IMG/VR virus record: IMGVR_UViG_3300027418_000370
Reading direction: 5' to 3' (one strand)
DNA length: 64,000 nucleotides
Source: a virus
The translations under genes and the position numbers were made by a program. Shown here piece after piece: positions 37,119 through 46,884 of this stretch. The notes under the pieces were generated by a model. It saw only the letters and a list, made by a program, of their open reading frames with translations. It ran no database searches and had not been told where the DNA came from. Positions within the stretch are counted from its first letter, which is position 1. Every line of letters begins with the position of its first letter.

Positions 37119-39017
37119 ATGGCGTTTACTCAAGAATATAAGACAAAGATCCACGAAGCGCTGCTGGTAAAGGTATGGTCAGAAAATACTACAGCCCCAG
37201 GCACCGGCTATATAATTCTTCCTGATGATACGCTTGATGATATTATTTCATCTAAAGATAAGGAAACAGTAAAAAGCAAACTATACCACCAGACATTCGT
37301 ATACAAAGCCAGTACTGTTGAGCAGACTCAAAACGGAAACTCTGCTCAAGATGCTACTCAGGTATTTGTAAAACTTGGATTATTTCTAGCTATACTTAAT
37401 AAGCAGTTAAAAAAAGCTACCGCTCCTTACATATCTTTTGAAATAGACTCAGGTGATAACTTCTACAGAACTATTGATGGACACATCTCTATAGATCCTC
37501 AAGTATGTTTACTACCAAGCACACTACAGTCACTACTAGACGGACAGGAAGGTTTTGATCCTCCTCTTGTCTACGATGTATTACTTAACATTAATGCTAT
37601 AACTCGTATACTTGATGAACATACCAGCAGAGATGCCTCAGTAGCCTTATTAGACTTCTTTGAAAGCTTATTTAGTGAGGTTGAAAGAGTAACTGGAGTA
37701 ATAAACAAATATGAATTACAGTACTACGAAGAGTCTTCAACGTTTACAGTTGTAGATCGAAATCATTTAAGTACAGTACCTAAGTCAAAGCTCCCACAAA
37801 TAAACATTTTTGGTCTAAACAGTATTGTTAAAAACGTAGGGCTTGTAAGCAAGATATCTCCAAAGATTTCGAGCATGATAGCCATCTCAGCTCAAGATTC
37901 ACCGTTCACTACCAATATGGAAGGAACAGGTTTTAATGCCTTAAGTAAAGATTTAGAACAAAGTATTACTAACACTATAGAAGACGACAGCGGTACTATT
38001 GACTCTGTTAAAATTGAAGCTGCTACTACCACATATGAGCAGATGTTAGAAGCTTTTGAAAAAGATATGATTGTAATCTTCGCTCACGTAAACGCAATCT
38101 ACGGAGTAGCAAAAGTACTAAACCTAACAGACGCTTATACAGTATCTAGTTTGTACCAAAACTACTGTAATATGGTTATAGGTAAGAAGCAGGATCCTGC
38201 ATATTCTTTTATTATTCCTTTTGAGCTTAACTTAGCTCTCCATGGAATGTCAGGATTTAGAGTACTAGAGAGCTTTAGAATTGATAAAAGAGTGTTACCT
38301 AGTACATACGGCGGTACTCGAGGTACAGATATTGCTTTTGTAATCACAGGAGTAGAACATCAGGTAAACAGAGGTCAATGGGTAACAAATATAAAAACTC
38401 AGATCTATAATGTAAACGACGCAGGCACTATTAACGATGGTAAAAATTACCAAAAGTTCTGGAAGCTAGGAGTTGATATTGGAGCTACTGGAGCTTCCTC
38501 TAGCCCCGGTTCTGGTGCAGATGTTATTTCAGGAGCCTACTCTACATCAACCGATAATAACCCCTACAATATACGTCCGATAGGAACATCAGTTAATTTT
38601 AACGGAGTGACCGGACAAAAAGAGGGCTTTAGAGGAAATACTTCGATAGGGTACTTCTTAGTCTTTGATACCCTAGATAATGGAGTACGAGCAGGAATGA
38701 AGAACCTTCTCAACGGATACTTTAAAGCAAACATAAACACAGTCTCTAAAATTATTAATAAGTACGCTCCAGCATCAGACGGAAACGATACAGCAAACTA
38801 TATTGCCAACGTTACATCTCGAATGAAGACAAATTTGAGTGGTACATTCTATTCTAATATTACCAAAGATACTGTACTAGCATTTGCAGGCGCTGCAGAA
38901 ACTAAACCAGATAACATAAAGATGTTTAAAGAACTCAATAAAGCAATACTTATATCAGAAGGAGGAAGCTTTGCTACAGCAACAGTAGATTCTTTCCAAA
39001 TATCTAATTTAGCTTAA
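37119..39017 (+). CDS. Baseplate hub C-terminal part with lysozyme-like (NNPxNIR) domain
   Basis: GMSG...FVITGVEHQV...W.T hub motif; C-terminal NNPYNIR...G.RA...TVSKIINKYAP..DGNDT..YI. Confidence 0.65.
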   Translation: MAFTQEYKTKIHEALLVKVWSENTTAPGTGYIILPDDTLDDIISSKDKETVKSKLYHQTFVYKASTVEQTQNGNSAQDATQVFVKLGLFLAILNKQLKKATAPYISFEIDSGDNFYRTIDGHISIDPQVCLLPSTLQSLLDGQEGFDPPLVYDVLLNINAITRILDEHTSRDASVALLDFFESLFSEVERVTGVINKYELQYYEESSTFTVVDRNHLSTVPKSKLPQINIFGLNSIVKNVGLVSKISPKISSMIAISAQDSPFTTNMEGTGFNALSKDLEQSITNTIEDDSGTIDSVKIEAATTTYEQMLEAFEKDMIVIFAHVNAIYGVAKVLNLTDAYTVSSLYQNYCNMVIGKKQDPAYSFIIPFELNLALHGMSGFRVLESFRIDKRVLPSTYGGTRGTDIAFVITGVEHQVNRGQWVTNIKTQIYNVNDAGTINDGKNYQKFWKLGVDIGATGASSSPGSGADVISGAYSTSTDNNPYNIRPIGTSVNFNGVTGQKEGFRGNTSIGYFLVFDTLDNGVRAGMKNLLNGYFKANINTVSKIINKYAPASDGNDTANYIANVTSRMKTNLSGTFYSNITKDTVLAFAGAAETKPDNIKMFKELNKAILISEGGSFATATVDSFQISNLA

Positions 39018-39018
39018 T

Positions 39019-39609
39019 ATGTATCTGCCTAAGTTTAAACATACTGCTGCTCTGTATACTTTTGGAGAAGAATTTGCAATTGCTAGTACCGGAGAACTAT
39101 ATACAGGTTTCTACATTAGAACTTCAAAAGGAACATTCTACACAGGTACGGAGTTTAAAAAAAATCAAAGCCAGGAACTTATTAAAACCTCGGCACTCTC
39201 TACATCTACCTACCGAAATGTAGGAAGAGAGAAGTACGACGATGCTGCTAAAGTTACAATTAACCAACTACTGCTTAAAGAAACTCAACCAGTACCTTCC
39301 TACACTTATATACCAGACTACGAATTAAAAATTAATCGAAGATTCTTTGCTAAGAGTAAGATCACTGGAAGTATTATTGAGATAGACAGAGACACGTATA
39401 AAGAACTTTACAGTAAGTCTAATAAATACCACCACCCTTCCTATGAAGTTATTCTGATAGACTGGGATTTATCATCTCCAGTTGACGATTCGGTAAATGG
39501 TTCGTATATTGTAGAAGGAAGTAAGACTAAGAATAAAAAGCAGGTTTTGAAATTAGATAAGACCCTCCCTGGGTTACACGATTACCTAACTCAAACCAGC
39601 CAGTTATGA
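39019..39609 (+). CDS. Hypothetical virion protein
   Basis: Last gene of the tail module; YT.GEEF...YTG. Confidence 0.5.
   Translation: MYLPKFKHTAALYTFGEEFAIASTGELYTGFYIRTSKGTFYTGTEFKKNQSQELIKTSALSTSTYRNVGREKYDDAAKVTINQLLLKETQPVPSYTYIPDYELKINRRFFAKSKITGSIIEIDRDTYKELYSKSNKYHHPSYEVILIDWDLSSPVDDSVNGSYIVEGSKTKNKKQVLKLDKTLPGLHDYLTQTSQL
39482..39510 (+). promoter_or_regulatory. TTG-N20-TATATT promoter upstream of polA
   Basis: Same motif and spacing at 27058, 40745, 41430, 44261, 49238, 50272, 52647, 54825. Confidence 0.7.
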
Positions 39610-39619
39610 TAAATGAGTT

Positions 39620-40960
39620 ATGTTTTATATCGTTGAAAGCGACGAACAGTTAAATTATCTTTGTGCACTAGGACGAAATGAAGCGTACGTTGAAATTATT
39701 TCGGGTAATGACCGTTTCCATAGTCTACTTACTGGGACTGTTGCTGCTTATGTACGCCCTATCGGCCACCGTGAAGGATACATTATTCCAGTAAATCACT
39801 CGGAAGGACTTAATGTCTCAAAGGATCGCATACAAGACCTCTTAAAATGTTACGATACACTGTATACGTTTAATAAGAAGGCGTTCTTATATCATTTCTC
39901 TCACGGTAATATCAACGATATTAACCTGATGTACTCTATGAAAGAGTACGAAAGCTTACAGCTTCCTGACCCTCCTCATAGTATTCAATGGTTTTATAAT
40001 AGGTTAAACGAGAAAGAAGATCTAAACACGATCATTCCTCTACCTAAGCTCTTCGAAAAATGTGAACGTAACTACAGAGCTCTAGTAGAGACTATTGAGG
40101 AATATAGGTTTATGACTGAAGATCCTAGCTGGAAGTTCTATAATAACTTAGCAGTAGGAGTTTTCTATTTATCTGAACAATCAGGAATAAGAGTAGTATA
40201 TGATCAGTTTGTCGAAAAGTTTACCCCTACAAATCCTCGCTTTAGTATTGCGAATAATATTGCTTATACTAATTACAATCTTTATAATCCCACTAGTCGC
40301 CCTACTAGTGCCTTTAATGCTGTCAACTTCGCTGCAATCCCCAAGAAAGAAGAATATCGAAAGTGTTTCATCCCGCAAGGAGACAAATTTATAGAGTTTG
40401 ACTTCGATGGCTACCATATTCGCTTGATTGGCGAGGTAGTTGGCTATGAGTTTACGCCTGAAAGCGTGCATACACAGCTAGGAAGGATGTATTTTAGCAA
40501 GAATGAACTTACAGAAGAAGAATATAAGCTATCTAAACAGACTACCTTCCAGATTATGTACGGAGGAGTGCCGGATAAGTACCGCCACATCGAATTCTTT
40601 GATAAAGTAGCAGGGTTTATCAATAAACTGTGGAAAGAGTTTGCTGAAACCGGTATTGTACGTGCTCCTATCTCAAATAAGCCGTTTTTCTCTAACTTAA
40701 GAGATATGAACCCACAGAAATTGTTTAATTATGTGATTCAGTCGTTGGAAACCTCAAGAAACGTTCTTATATTAAGAGAAGTACTGAGCTACCTCAGAGA
40801 TAAGAAATCAAAGGTTACGTTATACACTTACGATGCTATCCTATTTGACTTCTATTTGGAGGACGGCAAAGATACCCTGGAAAATTTAGTAAAAATCCTT
40901 GATCAGGGAGGAAAATACCCTGTAAAATATAAACACAGTAATAATCTAGTTTTAGACTAA
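39620..40960 (+). CDS. polA: Miniature family-A DNA polymerase
   Basis: TSRPTS..NFAAIP; motif A FDFDGYHIR; motif B SKQTTFQIMYG; NYVIQ; motif C YTYDAILFD. Confidence 0.85.
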   Translation: MFYIVESDEQLNYLCALGRNEAYVEIISGNDRFHSLLTGTVAAYVRPIGHREGYIIPVNHSEGLNVSKDRIQDLLKCYDTLYTFNKKAFLYHFSHGNINDINLMYSMKEYESLQLPDPPHSIQWFYNRLNEKEDLNTIIPLPKLFEKCERNYRALVETIEEYRFMTEDPSWKFYNNLAVGVFYLSEQSGIRVVYDQFVEKFTPTNPRFSIANNIAYTNYNLYNPTSRPTSAFNAVNFAAIPKKEEYRKCFIPQGDKFIEFDFDGYHIRLIGEVVGYEFTPESVHTQLGRMYFSKNELTEEEYKLSKQTTFQIMYGGVPDKYRHIEFFDKVAGFINKLWKEFAETGIVRAPISNKPFFSNLRDMNPQKLFNYVIQSLETSRNVLILREVLSYLRDKKSKVTLYTYDAILFDFYLEDGKDTLENLVKILDQGGKYPVKYKHSNNLVLD

Positions 40961-40984
40961 TAAATTCTATTTATAATGGAAGTA

Positions 40985-41428
40985 ATGGAACCACAATTTG
41001 GTTACGACTTTGTCACAGATACGGCAATTTGGAACGACGATATGAGTAATAAACTATTCTGTACATTCACCACAGAAGAGAATATAGATAACTTAGTAGA
41101 GACGATCAAAGGTAAGTACGACATCATGTACAATAAAATCTTTGTCCTCCATGCTAAAAGTAATGACGAGTACGTATGCACGTATAACGTTGACTTTGGC
41201 AATGTCGCTAACTTCCTAGATAATACTATTCTTGTACATCGCAAGAAAGAATCTAATACGCTTTATACAATTAATGCTCTTAATACACTCATCAAAGAGC
41301 TAAATGGCGGAGTAGCTGATTCAAGCTACCGGGTAGACTGGAATGACTACCGTAATTGTATTCTCCTCACTCGAGGAAACGAACTCAAGCGTATCAATAC
41401 CCGCCTTCACAAAATTATCGAGCTCTAA
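40985..41428 (+). CDS. Hypothetical protein (LFCTF...HRKKESNTLYTINALN)
   Basis: ORF between pol and SSB; start shifted from 40976 because TATTTATA abuts that ATG. Confidence 0.6.
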   Translation: MEPQFGYDFVTDTAIWNDDMSNKLFCTFTTEENIDNLVETIKGKYDIMYNKIFVLHAKSNDEYVCTYNVDFGNVANFLDNTILVHRKKESNTLYTINALNTLIKELNGGVADSSYRVDWNDYRNCILLTRGNELKRINTRLHKIIEL

Positions 41429-41429
41429 G

Positions 41430-41458
41430 TTGGAGCAATGAAAACTTTTTCGTATATT
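41430..41458 (+). promoter_or_regulatory. TTG-N20-TATATT promoter upstream of SSB
   Basis: GTTGGAGCAATGAAAACTTTTTCGTATATT, intergenic. Confidence 0.75.
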
Positions 41459-41505
41459 GTATACGGAAACATATTCTATTAATCAGTTATTTAATCAGTT
41501 GTAGT

Positions 41506-42318
41506 ATGGATTTATCCGCTATTAAGCAAAAGCTCGCCTCCATGCAGAGTAATGGACGTGAGGAACGAGAGAAGATCGACTATGAAGCGGTGTTCTGGAA
41601 GCCAAGTATTGGCAAACACCAAATTCGTATCGTACCTTCAGCACTCAACCCTGAATACCCTTTCAGTGAGTTGTATTTTCACTACGGTATTGGAAAATAC
41701 CCTATGATCGCTCTAACCAATTTTGGTGAGCAAGATCCTGTTGTTGACTTTGTCAATGAGCTTCGTAAGACTTCCGATCGTGACAATTGGTCATTGTCTG
41801 GAAAGCTTGCACCTAAGATGCGAGTATTCGCACCTGTAGTAGTTCGTGGTGAGGAAGATAGAGGAGTACGTTTGTGGGGCTTTGGTAAGCAGGTTTACAA
41901 CACCTTGCTTCAATTAGCCGCTGATGAGGATGTCGGTGATTTTACTGACGTAATGAATGGCTTCGATATCGTTGTCGAGATGGTACAGGGTAATCCTTAT
42001 CCACAGACTTCGGTTCGTATCAAGCCTAAGCAGTCTACTTTGAGTGATAATAATACTCATGTAGATACTTGGTTGAAGACTCAACCAGATCCTTTGAAGT
42101 GCTTTACTAAGTACGACTTTAACTTCGTTAAGAAGCAATTAGAAGGTTGGCTTTCTGGTAATGAAGAAGGTGATGAAGCTCCTGCACCTGTTGCAGCTGC
42201 TCCTGCCGCTGTTCAAGCACCTAAGCAGTCGTTTACTTTGGAGACTCAAGCTCCTAAAGCAGCCGATACTGTTAGCCAATTCGACGATTTGTTTAAGGAC
42301 GACGATCTACCCTTCTAA
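41506..42318 (+). CDS. Single-stranded DNA-binding protein (T4 gp32-like)
   Basis: FWKP..GKHQIRIVP, LWGFGK, DFTD...GFDI, acidic C-terminus DDDLPF; true start MDLSAIKQKL at 41506. Confidence 0.85.
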   Translation: MDLSAIKQKLASMQSNGREEREKIDYEAVFWKPSIGKHQIRIVPSALNPEYPFSELYFHYGIGKYPMIALTNFGEQDPVVDFVNELRKTSDRDNWSLSGKLAPKMRVFAPVVVRGEEDRGVRLWGFGKQVYNTLLQLAADEDVGDFTDVMNGFDIVVEMVQGNPYPQTSVRIKPKQSTLSDNNTHVDTWLKTQPDPLKCFTKYDFNFVKKQLEGWLSGNEEGDEAPAPVAAAPAAVQAPKQSFTLETQAPKAADTVSQFDDLFKDDDLPF

Positions 42319-42320
42319 GT

Positions 42321-43412
42321 ATGGCCAAAAGAAAAGGAGTTTCTGAGAGCGCTCAAGTAGCGATCAAGAAGAGTTTTAGCCTGGATAAGTTTAAGAAGAA
42401 TAAAGGGCTTGCTAACACGAGCATTAAGTTCAAGGAGCAACGCTGGATTCCACTATCCAAAGCCTTCCAGGAGATTACTTCTATCCCAGGTATTCCCGAA
42501 GGTCATATTACACTACTACGAGGTCATAGTGACACTGGTAAGACCACCGCTCTATTAGAGGCAGCAGTCTCTGCACAGAAGATGGGAATCTTGCCGGTGT
42601 TCATTATCACCGAGATGAAATGGTCTTGGGAACACGCCCGTGAGATGGGTCTAGACTTCCAAGAGGTTGTAGACGAGAGTACAGGTGAGATTGTAGACTA
42701 CGAAGGCTTCTTTATCTACACAGATAGAGGTCAGATGAATACCATCGAAGACGTAGCTGCATTTATCCTCGATCTTATCGACGATCAAAAGAAAGGCGAT
42801 CTACCTTATAACCTTTGTTTCTTCTGGGATTCTATCGGTTCAGTACCATGCGACCTATCAGTACGTTCTAATAAGAACAACAACGAATGGAATGCAGGTG
42901 CTATGTCTACACAGTTTGGTAATAACGTGAATCAGAAGATTCTTCTTTCTCGTAAGGAAGGTTCTCCGTACACCAACACGTTAGTATGTATCAACAAGGT
43001 ATGGACTATGAAGCCTGAATCACCAATGGGTATGGCTAAGTTGCAGAACAAAGGCGGTATGTCGATGTGGTATGATGCAACGTTAGTAGTAACGTTCGGT
43101 AATATTACTAACCCAGGTACCTCTAAGATCAAAGCGATCAAGAGCGGTCTGCAAGTAGAGTTTGCTAAACGTACTAATATTCAGATTGAGAAGAATCACA
43201 TCAACGGTATTCAGTCACGAGGTCGTATCGTCATGACTCCTCACGGATTCATCTTCGACGATAAAAAGGCAATTGACAAGTATAAGGATGAGCATAAGGA
43301 TCGCTGGTTAACCCTCTTAGGTACAGTAGACTTTGACCTTGTCGAAGAAGGAAGCATGGAAGAAGATATCCGAGACATCGGAGTAGACTTCGACCTTAAT
43401 ATGGATATGTAA
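42321..43412 (+). CDS. uvsX: RecA/UvsX-like recombinase
   Basis: GIPEGHIT, Walker A GHSDTGKT, Walker B FFWDSIG, KGG..., EKNH. Confidence 0.85.
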   Translation: MAKRKGVSESAQVAIKKSFSLDKFKKNKGLANTSIKFKEQRWIPLSKAFQEITSIPGIPEGHITLLRGHSDTGKTTALLEAAVSAQKMGILPVFIITEMKWSWEHAREMGLDFQEVVDESTGEIVDYEGFFIYTDRGQMNTIEDVAAFILDLIDDQKKGDLPYNLCFFWDSIGSVPCDLSVRSNKNNNEWNAGAMSTQFGNNVNQKILLSRKEGSPYTNTLVCINKVWTMKPESPMGMAKLQNKGGMSMWYDATLVVTFGNITNPGTSKIKAIKSGLQVEFAKRTNIQIEKNHINGIQSRGRIVMTPHGFIFDDKKAIDKYKDEHKDRWLTLLGTVDFDLVEEGSMEEDIRDIGVDFDLNMDM

Positions 43413-44434
43413 TGGGCAAATACGACGACTTACTAAATAAAGTACAGCCGTCGGCACCCCGCAAAGTTAACGATCACATTCTGGTTATAGATGCGCTGAA
43501 TACGTTCATTCGCAGCTTTACCATGATTAATATGATGAACCCTCAAGGGGCTCACGTAGGCGGCATGGTCGGATTTTTAAAGTCATTAGGTTTCTTAACC
43601 CGTACTTTTAATCCAACCAGAGTAGTGATCGTCTTTGACGGACCAGGGTCGTCGGCAGCAAGAAAGAATATCAATTCGGATTACAAAGCTAACCGAGATA
43701 TTACTAGAATCACCAACTGGGAGATCTTTGATAAGAAGGACGATGAGTACGCTTCTATGTCAGCACAGATTGAACGTCTGGTTGAATACCTTCAGATGCT
43801 ACCGGTAGATATGATCTCTATGCCTAAAGTAGAGGCTGATGATGTTATTGCATATATCGGTCAACAGTTTGGAGATAACAACAAAGTAACTATAGTATCA
43901 TCAGATAAGGACTTTCTTCAGATTGTCGATGAAAATGTAGAGGTATACTCTCCTATTAAGAAGAAAATATACGGACCTGCACAAGTAAAAGAAGAAGTAG
44001 GTGTTCTTGCAGAGAACTATTTAGTAATGAAGTCGCTTTTGGGAGATAATTCAGACAACCTCCCAGGTGTTAAGGGCCTCGGACCGAAAGGAATCTTCAA
44101 ACACTTCCCGGACTTGATAGACAAGCCTGGTACTGATTTGGAGTATGTTTTTGAGATCTGTGAAGCAGGTGTTGAGAAGACTAAGATCTTTCAGAAGATA
44201 CTTACAAACTACGACCGAGTGTGGCAGAACCATGATTTAATGAATTTAATGGAGCCAAGGTTGTCTGATACCCAAAAAGTTCTTATATTGGATTTAATGG
44301 ATAACTGCCCATCACAGTTAAATGTAATGGCGTTCCTCTTAATGCTCAAGCAAGATAACATCGAGCACGGCATTACAAAGAACACAGAAAGTTGGCTAGA
44401 AAATTTTAGATATTTACTTACAGTTAAAAAATAG
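43412..44434 (+). CDS. 5'-3' exonuclease/flap endonuclease (T4 RNase H-like)
   Basis: VFDG, YKANR, EADDVIA, SSDKD, GDNSDNLPGVKGLGPK. Confidence 0.93.
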   Translation: MGKYDDLLNKVQPSAPRKVNDHILVIDALNTFIRSFTMINMMNPQGAHVGGMVGFLKSLGFLTRTFNPTRVVIVFDGPGSSAARKNINSDYKANRDITRITNWEIFDKKDDEYASMSAQIERLVEYLQMLPVDMISMPKVEADDVIAYIGQQFGDNNKVTIVSSDKDFLQIVDENVEVYSPIKKKIYGPAQVKEEVGVLAENYLVMKSLLGDNSDNLPGVKGLGPKGIFKHFPDLIDKPGTDLEYVFEICEAGVEKTKIFQKILTNYDRVWQNHDLMNLMEPRLSDTQKVLILDLMDNCPSQLNVMAFLLMLKQDNIEHGITKNTESWLENFRYLLTVKK

Positions 44435-44439
44435 GTTAT

Positions 44440-45804
44440 ATGACGCTTACAAAGCTATCGCAGTACGGCAAGCCCTTCCAAGTTAAGGTACTAGGCTCTC
44501 TACTTACAGACAAGGCATTTCTACTTAACGTACGTGATACTATACAAGAAGATTACTTTGATGCTGATTCACATAAGTGGATCTTAAAGAACATCGTTCA
44601 ATACTTTGATAAGTACCATACCGTCATTACGATGGACGTACTTAAGATCGAGCTTGTAAAGATCGAGAACGAGGTACTAAAGACTGCAATTAAAGAAGAG
44701 CTTCGTAACTCTTATCAAGCTTCCCAGCAAGATCTAGAGTACGTACAGGAAGAGTTTACTACCTTCTGTAAGAACCAAAAGCTTAAACAAGCTTTGATGG
44801 ACTCTGCTGATCTGCTTAACGCCGGTGATTATGATTCTATTCGAGGTATGATCGAAGCAGCTCTAAAAGCCGGTATGGATAAGAATATCGGTCACGAGTA
44901 TCTCAAGGATATTGAAAGTCGTTACCGAGAGAACTACCGCCCTACTATTCCTACACCCTGGCCAGTACTTAATGAAGGCTTCCAGGGAGGCTTTGGACCT
45001 GGTGATCTAGGAATTGTATTCGGTAATCCTGGAGGTGGCAAATCTTGGATGATGGTAGCTATTGCAGCTCATGCGGTACAGCAAGGCTTTAACGTTATCT
45101 ACTATACTCTTGAATTAGGAGAGGATTATGTAGGAAAACGCTTTGACTGCTACTTTACAGGCTACTCTATCGACGAAGTTAATAAGCATCGTGCTAAGGT
45201 AGAAGATATTGTAACTAAGCTACCCGGTAAATTAATTGTAAAAGAGTATCCTCCTAAGGCAGCTACTGTAACGACTATTAAGTCTCATATTCAGAAGTGT
45301 GAAGATATGGAGTTTAAGGCTGATCTAGTTGTCATCGACTATGTTGATTACTTGCGAGGACCTTCAAGGAAATTCGCTGAGCGTAAGGACGAGATTGATG
45401 ATGTATTCGTAGCTGTGAAAGGATTGGCTAAGGAGCTGAAAATTCCTATCCTAACACCTTCTCAGGTTAACCGAATGGGTGCTAAAGATCAAGTCATTGA
45501 AGGAGATAAAGCAGCAGGCTCGTATGATAAGTTGATGGTAGCAGACGTAGCAATCTCTCTGTCACGTCAGAAAGAAGACAAGGTAAATGGTACTGGACGT
45601 ATTCACATCATGAAGAATCGATATGGAATGGACGGTATGACTTATAATGCTAAGGTAGATACCAATAACGGACACATCGAAGTCTCAAATGATATCATGC
45701 TCGAAGATATGTCACCAGTACAGCCTACTAATGTAGCTGGAGTTGATACGCATGATCGAGCACTTTTAGCAAAAAAATTCTTTGAATTACAGCAAGGAAG
45801 TTAA
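44440..45804 (+). CDS. dnaB: DnaB-family replicative helicase
   Basis: GNPGGGKS, TLE, VIDY, SQVNR, KNRYG. Confidence 0.92.
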   Translation: MTLTKLSQYGKPFQVKVLGSLLTDKAFLLNVRDTIQEDYFDADSHKWILKNIVQYFDKYHTVITMDVLKIELVKIENEVLKTAIKEELRNSYQASQQDLEYVQEEFTTFCKNQKLKQALMDSADLLNAGDYDSIRGMIEAALKAGMDKNIGHEYLKDIESRYRENYRPTIPTPWPVLNEGFQGGFGPGDLGIVFGNPGGGKSWMMVAIAAHAVQQGFNVIYYTLELGEDYVGKRFDCYFTGYSIDEVNKHRAKVEDIVTKLPGKLIVKEYPPKAATVTTIKSHIQKCEDMEFKADLVVIDYVDYLRGPSRKFAERKDEIDDVFVAVKGLAKELKIPILTPSQVNRMGAKDQVIEGDKAAGSYDKLMVADVAISLSRQKEDKVNGTGRIHIMKNRYGMDGMTYNAKVDTNNGHIEVSNDIMLEDMSPVQPTNVAGVDTHDRALLAKKFFELQQGS

Positions 45805-45813
45805 CGCTGGCCG

Positions 45814-45860
45814 TATTTATAAAACACGGCCCGAGAGTACAAAACTCAAGGGCTGTTTTT
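45814..45860 (+). promoter_or_regulatory. TATTTATA motif followed by a stem-loop with U-tract (terminator or attenuator) before nrdB
   Basis: ACGGCCC(45826-32)/GGGCTGT(45850-56) and GAGT/ACTC stems, then TTTT. Confidence 0.55.
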
Positions 45861-45889
45861 GTCTAACATATTAAGGATTATATAAAGAT

Positions 45890-46873
45890 ATGAGTATATT
45901 ACAAGAAAGAGTGGTTTACAAGCCATTTGAGTACCCTAAAGCTCACGAGTATTGGTTAAAGCAGCAGCAAGCACACTGGTTACATACCGAAGTGCCGATG
46001 GCAAATGACATCACGGACTGGAAATCAAACTTAAAAGATCACGAAAAGAACGTTATAGGGGGTATCTTAAAAGGCTTCGCTCAGACAGAAACAGTAGTAA
46101 ATGATTACTGGACTGGTCTTGTAACAAAATGGTTCCGTAAGCCAGAAATTATTATGATGGCCACTACGTTTGGTGCCTTTGAAACTATTCACGCCGAAGC
46201 TTATTCTTTATTGAATGAGCAATTAGGTCTGGATAACTTCGCAGAGTTCTTAGAAGATGAAGCTACTCACGCTAAGATTGAATCTCTTATGAATGTAAGA
46301 GACGGTCACAACGGAGAACTCGATTACCAAGAAGTTGCTCGTAGCCTTGCGATCTTCTCTGCCTTTACAGAAGGTGTTAACCTATTCAGTTCCTTTGCTG
46401 TACTCCTTTCATTTAAAATGAGAAACAAGTTAAAGGGCGTAGGTCAGATCGTAGAATGGTCCGTTAGAGATGAATCTCTTCACTCTGAGGCAGGCTGCTG
46501 GTTATTCAAACAGTTAATGAAAGAACATCCAGAACTTAAGACAGATAAGCTTGTTGCTGATATTGAAGAGGCAGCTAGAATGGCTTTGAAGTTAGAGTTC
46601 GATTTCATCGATAAAATCTTTGAGATGGGTGATCTAGAGAACTTAGGTAAGGAAGAGCTTAAGAATTTTATTAAGCACCGTGTAAATACTAAGATGGGTG
46701 ACCTAGGTCTTAAGCCTTTGATCCCTTCCTCAGAGATTGACAAGGGCGCAATCAAGACTATGAAGTGGTTTGATATGGTAATTGCAGGTAAGCAGCATAC
46801 TGACTTCTTCGCAAACAGAGTAACTAACTATAGTAAAGGTCATATGGAGTGGGATTCCGCTTCAATCTTCTAA
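45890..46873 (+). CDS. nrdB: Ribonucleotide reductase class I beta subunit
   Basis: HW...E, ETIHAEAY, EGVNLFSSF, RDESLH, DFF..RVTNY. Confidence 0.95.
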   Translation: MSILQERVVYKPFEYPKAHEYWLKQQQAHWLHTEVPMANDITDWKSNLKDHEKNVIGGILKGFAQTETVVNDYWTGLVTKWFRKPEIIMMATTFGAFETIHAEAYSLLNEQLGLDNFAEFLEDEATHAKIESLMNVRDGHNGELDYQEVARSLAIFSAFTEGVNLFSSFAVLLSFKMRNKLKGVGQIVEWSVRDESLHSEAGCWLFKQLMKEHPELKTDKLVADIEEAARMALKLEFDFIDKIFEMGDLENLGKEELKNFIKHRVNTKMGDLGLKPLIPSSEIDKGAIKTMKWFDMVIAGKQHTDFFANRVTNYSKGHMEWDSASIF

Positions 46874-46884
46874 AATAAACTAAA

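Noticed and set aside
41356-41505. N-terminal extensions given in the ORF track (SSB 41356; also 48590, 49238, 49455, 55909, 56297, 62448)
   Set aside because: They overlap upstream genes or promoters; downstream ATGs fit the family N-termini better.
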